Assembly (NCBI GenBank): GCA_003697105.1
Contig: RFFQ01000169.1
Location: 1-56,384 of the forward strand
DNA from: Gemmatimonadota bacterium
Lineage (GTDB): Bacteria; 4572-55; J002
Reading direction: 5' to 3'
DNA length: 56,384 bases
Shown: positions 10,903 to 20,007 of the stretch, in pieces
Layout: every line of letters starts with the position of its first letter
Numbering within the stretch: the first letter of the stretch is position 1
Notes under the pieces: generated by a model
Seen by the model: the letters and a program-made list of their open reading frames with translations, nothing else
Databases searched by the model: none
What the model was told of the DNA's origin: nothing
Program-made: the position numbers and the translations under genes

Positions 10903-11640
10903 ATGAAGTACATTTTACGTACCATCCCCCTAATAATCGTACTGGTATTTACCCTCGGTGCAAAACACGATCAATTGATTAAAGATATGGTCAAATTTGA
11001 CAAAGCCTATGTCCCTGCACTGGTTTTTACCAATCAAAACAATGTTGCAAGTGCTAAAAAAGCAATGCACGCCTTGCAAACAGCGTGGCAGTCTTTCAAA
11101 TCCACTTACTACACTTATACTATCAATGATCCGTTGTGGCAGACCAATTTGGACGAGATTGAATTGCGGTTGAACAAAGCCCAAGAGATGATCGACGGCG
11201 GAAATCTGACCGTCGCCCATAATATGCTGGAAGCCGTGCGCTGGTCATTCCAGCAGTTGCGCGCGCGGAACCAGATCGATTATCTGATGGACGATTTCAC
11301 GATGTACCACGATTATATGACCCAAATGGCGACCTTGGGTGCCAAAAGTGACCTTAGCGATACCGATTTAGCAGATTTGGAAAACGGGTTGTTCCCCCAA
11401 GCGGATCAATTATGGCAGAAAATCGAAGACCGGACTCAAGATGCGAAACAATTTGGGATGAGTAGCGACGAGTTTGTCCAATTTGAAAATCTGATAAAAA
11501 CACAACGTGCCAGTTTAGACCAACTGCAACAGGCGATAAAAAATAAAAATAAAGCCCAAATCAAAACGGCTACCCAGCAACTAAAACCAAATTTTGCAAA
11601 ATTATTTATGCTGTTTGGCAACTTTGATGGCTTGCAATAA
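10903..11640 (+). CDS. Hypothetical secreted, predicted all-alpha protein
   Basis: 245 aa, signal peptide MKYILRTIPLIIVLVFTLGA, amphipathic helices, SD GGAGG. Confidence 0.75.
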   Translation: MKYILRTIPLIIVLVFTLGAKHDQLIKDMVKFDKAYVPALVFTNQNNVASAKKAMHALQTAWQSFKSTYYTYTINDPLWQTNLDEIELRLNKAQEMIDGGNLTVAHNMLEAVRWSFQQLRARNQIDYLMDDFTMYHDYMTQMATLGAKSDLSDTDLADLENGLFPQADQLWQKIEDRTQDAKQFGMSSDEFVQFENLIKTQRASLDQLQQAIKNKNKAQIKTATQQLKPNFAKLFMLFGNFDGLQ

Positions 11641-11678
11641 ATTTTTAATTTTTAATTTCTCATTCTGGAGGAGGACTT

Positions 11679-13070
11679 ATGGATTATCGGATTGAAACGG
11701 ATACAATGGGTGAGGTAAAAGTCCCGAAAGACAAATACTACGGGGCTCAAACCGCCCGCTCGTTGATGAATTTTAAGATTGGGAATGACCATTTCCCGCG
11801 GGAAATGATCCGGGCGCTTGGTATTTTGAAGAAAGCCGCGGCGCTAACAAATAACGAACTGGGTACGCTCCCGGATGACAAAGCAACCTTGATCATTCAA
11901 GCGGCGGAAGAAGTAATCGAGGGAAAATTAGATGAACATTTTCCATTGGTCGTCTGGCAGACCGGTTCCGGTACGCAAACCAACATGAATACTAACGAAG
12001 TCATCGCGAATCGTGCCATTGAACTTGCTGGTGGTGAATTAGGTAGTAAAACACCCATCCATCCCAACGATGATGTCAATAAGGCACAATCCTCCAATGA
12101 TACGTTTCCCACCGCAATGCATATCGCCGCTGCAGAACAAATCCACCACTATCTGATTCCACGTGTACAAAAGTTGCGTGATACACTTCATGATAAGGCA
12201 GAAGCCTTTAACGATATTGTCAAAATTGGGCGAACCCACCTGATGGATGCCGTACCCCTGACGTTGGGGCAGGAATTTTCAGGGTACGTTCAACAGTTGG
12301 ATAATGCCATTTATCGCCTTAAATTTGCCCTCGATGGATTATATGACCTCGCTTTGGGGGGTACTGCCGTTGGAACCGGCTTAAATACCCACCCCGAATT
12401 TGCGGAGAAAGCCGCCGCGCATATAGCGAAAATTACAGGTTTGCCGTTCCGTTCCGCACCCAACAAATTTGAAGCCCTCGCGGCGCACGACGCCATCGTT
12501 TTTGCGAGCGGGGCACTAAAAACCCTTGCCGCTGCCATGATGAAAATTGCCAATGATGTCCGCTGGTTGGCATCCGGTCCTCGCTGTGGGTTGGGCGAAT
12601 TGATCATCCCTGCCAATGAACCGGGCAGTTCCATCATGCCGGGTAAAGTCAACCCAACCCAATCCGAAGCCGTGACAATGGTCTGTGCCCAGGTGATGGG
12701 TAATGATGCCGCTATCAATATCGCCGGTGCCTCCGGAAATTTTGAGCTGAATGTCTTCAAGCCAGTGATGATCTTCAATCTGCTCAATTCGGTGCGGTTA
12801 CTCGCGGATGCGTGCGAGTCGTTCAATGACCATTGTGCTGTGGGTATTGAACCTAATCGGGAAAAAATCGACTACTTTTTAAATAACTCGCTGATGCTGG
12901 TTACGGCACTCAACCCCCATATCGGTTATGATAACGCGGCAAAGATCGCTAAAAAAGCCCATGCTGACGGCTCCACATTGAAAGAAGCCGCCATTGAATT
13001 GGGTATTTTGACCGCCGAGCAGTTTGATGAATGGGTTCAGCCGGCAGAAATGACCCACCCTAAAAAATAA
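11679..13070 (+). CDS. fumC: Fumarate hydratase class II
   Basis: [33 protein letters not shown], signature [15 protein letters not shown]. Confidence 0.98.
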   Translation: MDYRIETDTMGEVKVPKDKYYGAQTARSLMNFKIGNDHFPREMIRALGILKKAAALTNNELGTLPDDKATLIIQAAEEVIEGKLDEHFPLVVWQTGSGTQTNMNTNEVIANRAIELAGGELGSKTPIHPNDDVNKAQSSNDTFPTAMHIAAAEQIHHYLIPRVQKLRDTLHDKAEAFNDIVKIGRTHLMDAVPLTLGQEFSGYVQQLDNAIYRLKFALDGLYDLALGGTAVGTGLNTHPEFAEKAAAHIAKITGLPFRSAPNKFEALAAHDAIVFASGALKTLAAAMMKIANDVRWLASGPRCGLGELIIPANEPGSSIMPGKVNPTQSEAVTMVCAQVMGNDAAINIAGASGNFELNVFKPVMIFNLLNSVRLLADACESFNDHCAVGIEPNREKIDYFLNNSLMLVTALNPHIGYDNAAKIAKKAHADGSTLKEAAIELGILTAEQFDEWVQPAEMTHPKK

Positions 13071-13089
13071 CACCCATACATCCGAGCAC

Positions 13090-13124
13090 AAAAAAGCCCG
13101 CATCTGGTAAAGATGCGGGCTTTT
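13090..13124. terminator. Bidirectional intrinsic terminator between convergent genes
   Basis: AAAAAAGCCCGCATCT-GGTAA-AGATGCGGGCTTTT. Confidence 0.9.
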
Positions 13125-13148
13125 CTAATGGTAGAGGGATCAAAACCG

Positions 13149-14762
13149 TTAGCGGAGTAGCATCATTGTTTTGGAGCGCGCGTGATGAGGGGTTTCCAAA
13201 CGGTAAATGTACAATCCGCTACTCATTGCTTGCCCCTGTGAATTTGTCCCATCCCAGATAAGGTGGTATGATCCTGCTGGTTGGTTCGATAACGTCCATT
13301 GCCGCACCAATCGTCCCGCAATATCATAAATGGTGAGCGACACTTCACCCGCCTGCGCTATATCATATTGAATCGTCGTCTTGGGGTTGAACGGATTGGG
13401 TACATTTTGATATAAAATCACCTGTGACGGAACGGTCAGCGAGGCGATCTCAGGTTCAACAGCGACGATATCTGTTTCCTGTCGGGTGATGGTCAAAATG
13501 ATGGGGTTGAGCAGATTTTCCATGTACATTTCTGCCACCGCCGGACTTTGATTTGCCGGAAGAGCGTAAAACTGTGTTCCTAAGCCAAACGTACCTGTAC
13601 CAAATTGGGAGACCTGAATACCGGTATCCCCGTAGGACGCACCATCCCCGGTATCAACACTGCCATCACCGGTGCCACCGTTGGCGTTATCATAATAGTA
13701 AAAATCAACGTTGCCCAGACCGGAATCAAACTGGAACAACTGCATCAATGAACCCTGATTACTACTGCCCAAGGCATAACCGGAGCCGTCTGGAATATCC
13801 ACTTCAGGGTCATCGGGTTCACCATCAATCAACACCGAATCCGCGTGACTGGATAGATGCATCCAACTGCCAATCTGATTTTCGTTAAAATCGACCGAGA
13901 CCCGCAGATGTTCCAATCCGATCTCCGCCGGATCGACATCAATGGCATCATCTGCTTGACCGAGATATCGCTCATAGATGATAAACTCCATATCAAACTC
14001 CATCGGGAAGTCGTCGGCAATTTCGATCTGACCTTGTGCCTGACGGATTACGCGGATCGGACCATCCACGACCTGGATTGAGGTTACTTCGATTTGGTCT
14101 TCGGTGACTTCATACTCAAACGGGGGAAAGGGGGGCGGCAGGATGGCAATCGCACCCCTCATGCGAAACTTGACCCGGTCAATCATGTCCGTGCCGGTAC
14201 CCCCACCCGCTTCGGTGATCGCTAAATCTTCCAGCGTGGGACCATTGGCAAAGCCGATGGTAAGATATTCACTAGAAAAGACATCGGTACCGGCATCATA
14301 GCTAACATAATCTTCGGTAAATTCGATCTCCAATGTTTCAGAGCGATAAAGATAGACCCACCCTGCTTCATCTGGGTGAGCACCATCCGTAACTTGTATC
14401 TCAAAACGTGGGTTATCCAAGGCACCTTGTTCCATCAACCAGCGGTCTTCAGGGGCTCGATCACCGGCATCTTTTGCCATAAACACTAATTCATCATTCG
14501 GGTCAACCAACCCGTTATCGGGGTCAAAATACGACCCAGTGGAATCACTCACTTCATCATATTGGAACGGTATTTGATGCCAGGTACTATCAGAATTGTC
14601 AAATCGATAGAGGAAAAACTCATCGGCCGGAGCATCGTAAATTTCGGTAAAACTCTCCATCCAGAGCACAATTGGCTCAAATTCCCGGTCTAGTTGATTT
14701 TCTTGTGCTAAAAGGGGGGATACTGCCCATAACAACCCCCAAACCAAGATAAAACGTTTCAT
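13149..14762 (-). CDS. Acidic secreted protein with C-terminal FlgD-Ig/T9SS type-A-like sorting domain
   Basis: Start reassigned to ATG 14762 (SD AGGAGG; signal peptide MKRFILVWGLLWAVSPLLA); C-terminus QNVPNPFNPKTTIQYD...IYDIAGRLVR...WDGTN...SGLYIYRL...KTMMLLR. Confidence 0.85.
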   Translation of the reverse strand: MKRFILVWGLLWAVSPLLAQENQLDREFEPIVLWMESFTEIYDAPADEFFLYRFDNSDSTWHQIPFQYDEVSDSTGSYFDPDNGLVDPNDELVFMAKDAGDRAPEDRWLMEQGALDNPRFEIQVTDGAHPDEAGWVYLYRSETLEIEFTEDYVSYDAGTDVFSSEYLTIGFANGPTLEDLAITEAGGGTGTDMIDRVKFRMRGAIAILPPPFPPFEYEVTEDQIEVTSIQVVDGPIRVIRQAQGQIEIADDFPMEFDMEFIIYERYLGQADDAIDVDPAEIGLEHLRVSVDFNENQIGSWMHLSSHADSVLIDGEPDDPEVDIPDGSGYALGSSNQGSLMQLFQFDSGLGNVDFYYYDNANGGTGDGSVDTGDGASYGDTGIQVSQFGTGTFGLGTQFYALPANQSPAVAEMYMENLLNPIILTITRQETDIVAVEPEIASLTVPSQVILYQNVPNPFNPKTTIQYDIAQAGEVSLTIYDIAGRLVRQWTLSNQPAGSYHLIWDGTNSQGQAMSSGLYIYRLETPHHARSKTMMLLR

Positions 14763-14824
14763 TTTGCCTCCTGTGGGTGAAAGGTGTTGGTGAGAATGGA
14801 TGGTATATACGGGATTTTGGAACC

Positions 14825-16486
14825 TTACTTCCATAAATCCCGAAAGAATTGGTATATTTTAAACGGCAATGTTCGGCGTACGCGAATGGCAAAATCTTCT
14901 AGTGTTTGGGCATGGTCACGTAAGGCACTCACTTGTTGCTCAAGCTCCTCAATGCGGCTCTCATAGCGGCGGATTTTAGCCTGAATTTGGCGCTGGTAAG
15001 CGACATGATCCATCCCAGTAATCAGATGGCGATGTTTTTCAAACGCATACCCCAACCAATAATCTCGTTTGGGCGAATTATCGTGCGCATACGCACCTTG
15101 TCGATCTGTGAAGATACGATATTCGGATGTGACGACTCGCAGGTGTTGAAAATCAAATTTACGCGAAACCCGCACCCAAAAATCCCAGTCGTCATAGATG
15201 TCAATATCTTCAGAAAAATTAGGCACATGTTGCAAAATTACGTTGGAAAACATAACACACATGATGGGTGTCAGATTTTCAAATAGCATCGCCGAGCGGT
15301 CAAAATCGTTGCTGAAAATCACTTTTTTTTCTTTAAGCCGGTAATCCCCGGATTCTGTATCCCGCTCGTAAAAGGCACAGCAGGTGTCCGTGTAAGCAAC
15401 TTCGAGATCATGGTGTTCCAAAAAATCGACCAAAATTTCGCAATGCTCCGGGTACAACAGGTCATCATCATCTAAAAACATAAGATATTTACCCCTGGCA
15501 TGTTTCAGCCCACTGGAAGCCGCCTTTGCCTCGCCACCGCTTTTTTCGTGCGTGACCAAACGTATCTCCAGAGCGGGACGAAACGTTTCCAGAAGATCGT
15601 CAATAGGGTTACCACCGTCATTGACAATAACCACCTCGATCTGAGAGTAAGTCTGATTGACAATGCTTTGCAGCGCTTCTGCCAATAAATGAGGGCGATT
15701 TTTGGTACGGACGATGATCGACACTTGAGGACCTGTTTTAACCTTGTGAATCACATCCACCTGTTGTTGTTGCAAATAGACCTGCGCCAACGAGGGATAA
15801 TGATCCATGGCGGTATTCACTGCCCAAAACGCTTCCGCATAGCGGTATTTATCCTGAATTAAGCTGAGAGTGCGATATTCGTTCAATCCCAAAATCCGTT
15901 CATAATGATTTTCAGCCAATTGGCTCGGAAAGGCTTGTAACGCTCGTTTTTTCCGGTCAATTACAGACGTGATATCAATCAGGGTGTTGGGTCGGATAGG
16001 CGTCAAGGTTTCATAGAACCAGATGTGAACCGGGAAGCTCAGTTGGGAGGCCGTTTCCCAAACCAGATGGGCTGTTGTTCGGTGATCCGGATGGATTTCG
16101 GTTGGAGCGGGACAGAGTACCAATTGGGGTTGGAAGGTATAAAAGCATTCCAAACAGCGTTCGATCAATTCGGTGGTGATATGTAAAGATTCGCACCGGT
16201 AGTCCCAAAATTCCACATCGGTTGTACCCAGAATTTGTGCCGCCGCCCGGAGTTCATTCTGCCGTATCTGCACATACTCTTGGGGGTCATATCGCTTGGA
16301 GAAATCTCCGGTACGACCATCGGTCACATTGATGATTTTCACCGGATTACCGGCTTGGGTCAGCAAGGTAATGGTACCCCCACAGCCAATTGTTTCGTCA
16401 TCGGCGTGGGGGGCAAAAACCAATACCCGTTGACCCACCGGAATTTTGGTCACTTCAAACGCAATAATATCCCGTTCCTTAATCAT
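14825..16486 (-). CDS. PIG-L/LmbE-family deacetylase fused to a GT2 glycosyltransferase
   Basis: N-half APHADDE, TDG and HPDH motifs; C-half VSIIVRTKNR, VNDGG, FLDDDD, DDWDFW; C-terminal coiled coil. Confidence 0.9.
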   Translation of the reverse strand: MIKERDIIAFEVTKIPVGQRVLVFAPHADDETIGCGGTITLLTQAGNPVKIINVTDGRTGDFSKRYDPQEYVQIRQNELRAAAQILGTTDVEFWDYRCESLHITTELIERCLECFYTFQPQLVLCPAPTEIHPDHRTTAHLVWETASQLSFPVHIWFYETLTPIRPNTLIDITSVIDRKKRALQAFPSQLAENHYERILGLNEYRTLSLIQDKYRYAEAFWAVNTAMDHYPSLAQVYLQQQQVDVIHKVKTGPQVSIIVRTKNRPHLLAEALQSIVNQTYSQIEVVIVNDGGNPIDDLLETFRPALEIRLVTHEKSGGEAKAASSGLKHARGKYLMFLDDDDLLYPEHCEILVDFLEHHDLEVAYTDTCCAFYERDTESGDYRLKEKKVIFSNDFDRSAMLFENLTPIMCVMFSNVILQHVPNFSEDIDIYDDWDFWVRVSRKFDFQHLRVVTSEYRIFTDRQGAYAHDNSPKRDYWLGYAFEKHRHLITGMDHVAYQRQIQAKIRRYESRIEELEQQVSALRDHAQTLEDFAIRVRRTLPFKIYQFFRDLWK

Positions 16487-16529
16487 GATTCATTTATTTG
16501 AGGAAGGCAAAAGGGGGTCTGGTTCTGGG

Positions 16530-16958
16530 TTATAACGCTTTGGCATGATAGCGGGCATAGATCAAGGTTCGACCCAGCAACTCTTTGGCAAACAAAAGGG
16601 TATCCAAATCTTCCGAGAGCGCTTTGCCAATGTCCAACAACTGTTTTGCCCTACCTAAATTTAGATTCATTGGTTCCAGGCGCAAAAGTGCATCACTATT
16701 GGGTTGGCCGAGCAAGAGTTCATCCATACGAGCCGCTGTTTCGCGTTCGGCGCGTGTTCCGTTATGCTTTTTCCAGACCACAAACGTAATAAAGGCATAC
16801 ACCCCGTTCTGCTGTAAGACACCCAGAGCTTTGGTGATCACGTTTTCCACATCTCCCCCTCGAAAGCGGTACTTTTGCATGGCGGGTTTGAGACCATCAG
16901 CCAGACGTTGGGCATAATCCACGCAGTAAAAATCCAGATTTTCAATAGTTGTGTTCAT
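16530..16958 (-). CDS. cmr5: CRISPR type III small subunit Cmr5/Cas11 (III-C-like)
   Basis: 142 aa, helical; ENVITKALGVLQQNGVYAF and DLDTLLFAKELLGRTLIYARYHAKA match recalled III-C small subunits; directly follows cmr4. Confidence 0.75.
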   Translation of the reverse strand: MNTTIENLDFYCVDYAQRLADGLKPAMQKYRFRGGDVENVITKALGVLQQNGVYAFITFVVWKKHNGTRAERETAARMDELLLGQPNSDALLRLEPMNLNLGRAKQLLDIGKALSEDLDTLLFAKELLGRTLIYARYHAKAL

Positions 16959-16971
16959 GGTATTTCCTCTT

Positions 16972-17937
16972 TTAGGATTCCAGATTCAAAAATAGCGTGC
17001 GACCCATCCCCCGGGAAGTCATCCCTCCCAGACCGAGATATTCGGTTGCTCGCATTCCCTGTTCAACGTTTTTTTGAATCCATTGGTAGTCATATTCTAA
17101 TCGTTTCCCCCCAATCTCAAAATTACGCGGGTCTTTATAAATCGCTTGAAAATAGAAGATCGTCGTGCGGGGCACGGCCTCATAATTGAATAATGCACCT
17201 TTTTTGGCGGCACCAATGTGCGGGTCAATCGCCACCGACGTGCGAATTTCCATGTTGTTATTGACCACATGACCAAATAACTTATCGGTCACTAGGACGG
17301 TATGGCTCAGGAGTTCATCCGGTACACCATATTCTTTCAAGGCTGCCTGTCCTGAGGGTGTTAGCGGATGGTCCGTTGAAGTCACATTGAGCAGAATCCA
17401 CCCCAGATTGATCTTATCGTTTCGGACAGGGGTTTGAATGTGATTTCGCTCAGGGTTGATCTGAATGTGCAGTTGATCCGGTTGCAAGATATTGGCGTTA
17501 ACCAAGCTATTAAGTCCGTTGAGCGATACGACCCAGACCGGCCCATTCATGGAATGAACCGGAAAAAAGAGGATTTGTCCATCCATAAACTGTACCAAGC
17601 TGGTGAAGCCAATCTTCTCATCTTGGGTGAAACCGTAGGTGACACAAACAGGACAATCGGCTTGCCCACAATGGTCGGTGTGTTCTTCCCCTGTTTTGCC
17701 GGCACAACTGGCAAATTTACCTGGTTTGGTCTCCCGTAAGAATTTTTCCGGAAAGTACATGGCGGTGTAACTCCGGCACGTTCCGGCAAGAGTGGTTGCC
17801 GGAAATTTGGGTAAATTCGTATTGGGGTCCCGCACAACCGTATTATCCACAATTCCTAGTTCTTTGGTATGGGAGCCAATATGAATGGGATCGAGTGCCA
17901 TTGCAAAATACCATTTGGCAACATAGGGTGTTGTCAC
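16972..17937 (-). CDS. cmr4: CRISPR type III RAMP Cmr4 (Cas7 group)
   Basis: ALDPIHIGS...LGIVDNTVVRD...LPKFPATTLAG, FFPVHSMNGPVWV, EIRTSVAIDP..GAA..GALFNYEAVP, G-rich loop LGLGGMTSRGMG; Cys cluster SCAG...HCGQADCPVC. Confidence 0.92.
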   Translation of the reverse strand: MTTPYVAKWYFAMALDPIHIGSHTKELGIVDNTVVRDPNTNLPKFPATTLAGTCRSYTAMYFPEKFLRETKPGKFASCAGKTGEEHTDHCGQADCPVCVTYGFTQDEKIGFTSLVQFMDGQILFFPVHSMNGPVWVVSLNGLNSLVNANILQPDQLHIQINPERNHIQTPVRNDKINLGWILLNVTSTDHPLTPSGQAALKEYGVPDELLSHTVLVTDKLFGHVVNNNMEIRTSVAIDPHIGAAKKGALFNYEAVPRTTIFYFQAIYKDPRNFEIGGKRLEYDYQWIQKNVEQGMRATEYLGLGGMTSRGMGRTLFLNLES

Positions 17938-17951
17938 AGTTCAGGTCCTTT

Positions 17952-19055
17952 CTAAAGGTGTCTTACTACAGTTTTGATAACTTGATTGAGTTCATTGAAA
18001 TCCCCGAAGGTTTGCCAGCCGGAGGCTGGAGTTGAGGTGTGCTTTATTGCTTGCAGTTGTGCTTGCCAACTTCCTCCCCCGGAATGTTGTTGGGGTGGGG
18101 CTGAGAGTTCAATCTGAAGCCCGGACATTCCAAATTTCCCAGTTACCACCGGTGGAAGATTACCTTTCTTGCGGACAAACGATATGCTGGTCTGGCCAAA
18201 CCCTTTGCTTTTCTTGGCGGAAAAGCCGTAAACCGTCAAGGTGGACCGGATGATCTTATTCAGCATTTGGAGGTCTTCCTTGACTTCCGCTTTGACCTGC
18301 TTCGGGGACTGAGAAATCAGATCAAATGGGAAATAGAGCAGGCTGAAATAGCCGCAGGCACCTTTTGGAGCAACTTCTAGCATCACCGGAACCGTCCCCG
18401 CTTTGGTTTTGCGATCATGGGGATTTATCACCTGTAAATCAATTGCATCAAAAAAAGTAGGATACGTGCGCAATCGCCCCCGCCGTCCCCACTTTTCGGC
18501 GTCTGGATCATCATCTTTTTTGGCATCCCCAAATAGCCGGTTGATCACCGCCGCCGGATACCCCATCAAGGATGCTACTGCCCGCAGATGCCCTTTCCAA
18601 GCAGACGGACGTACCATTGGCAGTTTAAAGACCGGGTCTTTGGTAATCGGATTGTCATGAATATAAAATGGCGTGTCATCTCCGCTGGTGTAGGGACGGA
18701 TCAATCGAAATTGAAACTGCAAAAAGAACGAATACGGCGGTAAGGATTGAATATCCACCGATGGCGGATAAATACCCAGTTGATCCAAACGGTTTAAGTA
18801 TGGTTCGATCAACTCTGCGGTATAGCTATTTTTGCCTCGGTTGTAATGAAGTAAGCTTTTGTAGCCCCCACCATACTTAAAATGACCATTTTTAGCAAAT
18901 TCTTTGGCATCAGCAATGACGGATTGCGCTAGCAGGTTTACGCGGGTATAAATATCGGTCAATTCCGTATAGGGCGCCCGGCGGTCATCGCCCACAATTC
19001 GTCGTACATCGCTTTCCCGAATACAAGGATATTCGGCATATAGATCATAACCCAT
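17952..19055 (-). CDS. cmr6: CRISPR type III RAMP Cmr6-like (Cas7 group, III-C-like)
   Basis: Start ATG 19055 with SD AGGAGGT, overlapping the cmr1 stop; SFFLQFQFRLIRPYTSGDD.PFYIHDNP..KDPVFKLPMV.PSAWKGHLR, GRLRTYPTFF, VINPHDRKT.AG, YGFSAKKSKGFG. Confidence 0.8.
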   Translation of the reverse strand: MGYDLYAEYPCIRESDVRRIVGDDRRAPYTELTDIYTRVNLLAQSVIADAKEFAKNGHFKYGGGYKSLLHYNRGKNSYTAELIEPYLNRLDQLGIYPPSVDIQSLPPYSFFLQFQFRLIRPYTSGDDTPFYIHDNPITKDPVFKLPMVRPSAWKGHLRAVASLMGYPAAVINRLFGDAKKDDDPDAEKWGRRGRLRTYPTFFDAIDLQVINPHDRKTKAGTVPVMLEVAPKGACGYFSLLYFPFDLISQSPKQVKAEVKEDLQMLNKIIRSTLTVYGFSAKKSKGFGQTSISFVRKKGNLPPVVTGKFGMSGLQIELSAPPQQHSGGGSWQAQLQAIKHTSTPASGWQTFGDFNELNQVIKTVVRHL

Positions 19056-19938
19056 GAAGCACCTCCTTACCGGTTTTAGTACCGCGGACACCCAGATCAT
19101 TTAGTTTTTTCAACACAACAGTCAACATCGCATCATCCGTAGTGTAGCCCCAAATTCGGGCGGCACCGCGTTCCCTAAACGAAAATACTTTTTTGCTAAT
19201 TCCCCGCCGTCCGGCAAGAAACCCTGTTGGGTCAATCTTGAGGAGATCGTTAATCTGTTGCTGGTTAATCCAGTAGCCGGACTTAAAAAAGAAGTGATCC
19301 AACCGTGGATATTCTTTCGGGGTCTGCGTGAGCCGGTTACGGATATTCTCCGATTGAGTGATGATCTGATTGAGATACGCCTCAACGGCGTTTCGGTCCA
19401 AACCGGCAGGAAGTTCGGGCAAGGATGAGATTTTGACCAGACCGAAATCAGGCATTTTGGGGGGTTTTTTGGTCGTCTGCCCGCCAATGGAGCCCCACTT
19501 ATCAATTAAGGTCAATGTTTTTTGCCACAACCAAAGCTCTTCCGCACGTAGGGGGCGCACGAACACAAATTGCAACTGAAATTGTTCTCCGCCCCGACGG
19601 GAAAGCCGGGTCTGTTTTGCATTTCCCTGACTATCGGTAATCAACAGCCGAAATTTACTGCTGTAACCGGTACAGCCAAATACCCGGCAAACCGGACAGA
19701 CATCTTTAAGCCCAGCCTCTAGGCTGTTTGTTTGGGAATACGCTTCTTCGTCAAAGATACACGAGTCATTACTGGTTGGGTCGCACGCAAACCCGCCCAG
19801 CCCACGAACAAGCGATTCATACCACCAGCGGATACTACCGACAATAGCGGTTTCTTGAATCTCATTACTCCGCCGGTCAATATCGCCTGTCCATAAAGGT
19901 GTCAAGGTTTTGAGTTGAATTTGGAGGATATTTTCCAC
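19045..19938 (-). CDS. cmr1: CRISPR type III RAMP Cmr1
   Basis: LKTLTPLWTG, ETAIVGSIRWWYESLVRGLGG.ACDPT, CPVCRVFGCTG...KFRL, WGSIGGQT; GTG start with SD AAAGGAG. Confidence 0.9.
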   Translation of the reverse strand: MENILQIQLKTLTPLWTGDIDRRSNEIQETAIVGSIRWWYESLVRGLGGFACDPTSNDSCIFDEEAYSQTNSLEAGLKDVCPVCRVFGCTGYSSKFRLLITDSQGNAKQTRLSRRGGEQFQLQFVFVRPLRAEELWLWQKTLTLIDKWGSIGGQTTKKPPKMPDFGLVKISSLPELPAGLDRNAVEAYLNQIITQSENIRNRLTQTPKEYPRLDHFFFKSGYWINQQQINDLLKIDPTGFLAGRRGISKKVFSFRERGAARIWGYTTDDAMLTVVLKKLNDLGVRGTKTGKEVLHGL

Positions 19939-20007
19939 ATAAACTCCTTTCGGTATGAGGTGAATGGAGCAAGAGGATTCGTTGCTACAATCGGGGTATA
20001 AATCCGG

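Noticed and set aside
16487-20007. CRISPR array or mini-array flanking the cmr genes
   Set aside because: Flanking intergenic segments are only 43 and 69 nt with no repeated 25-40 nt unit; no array was seen elsewhere in the window by eye.
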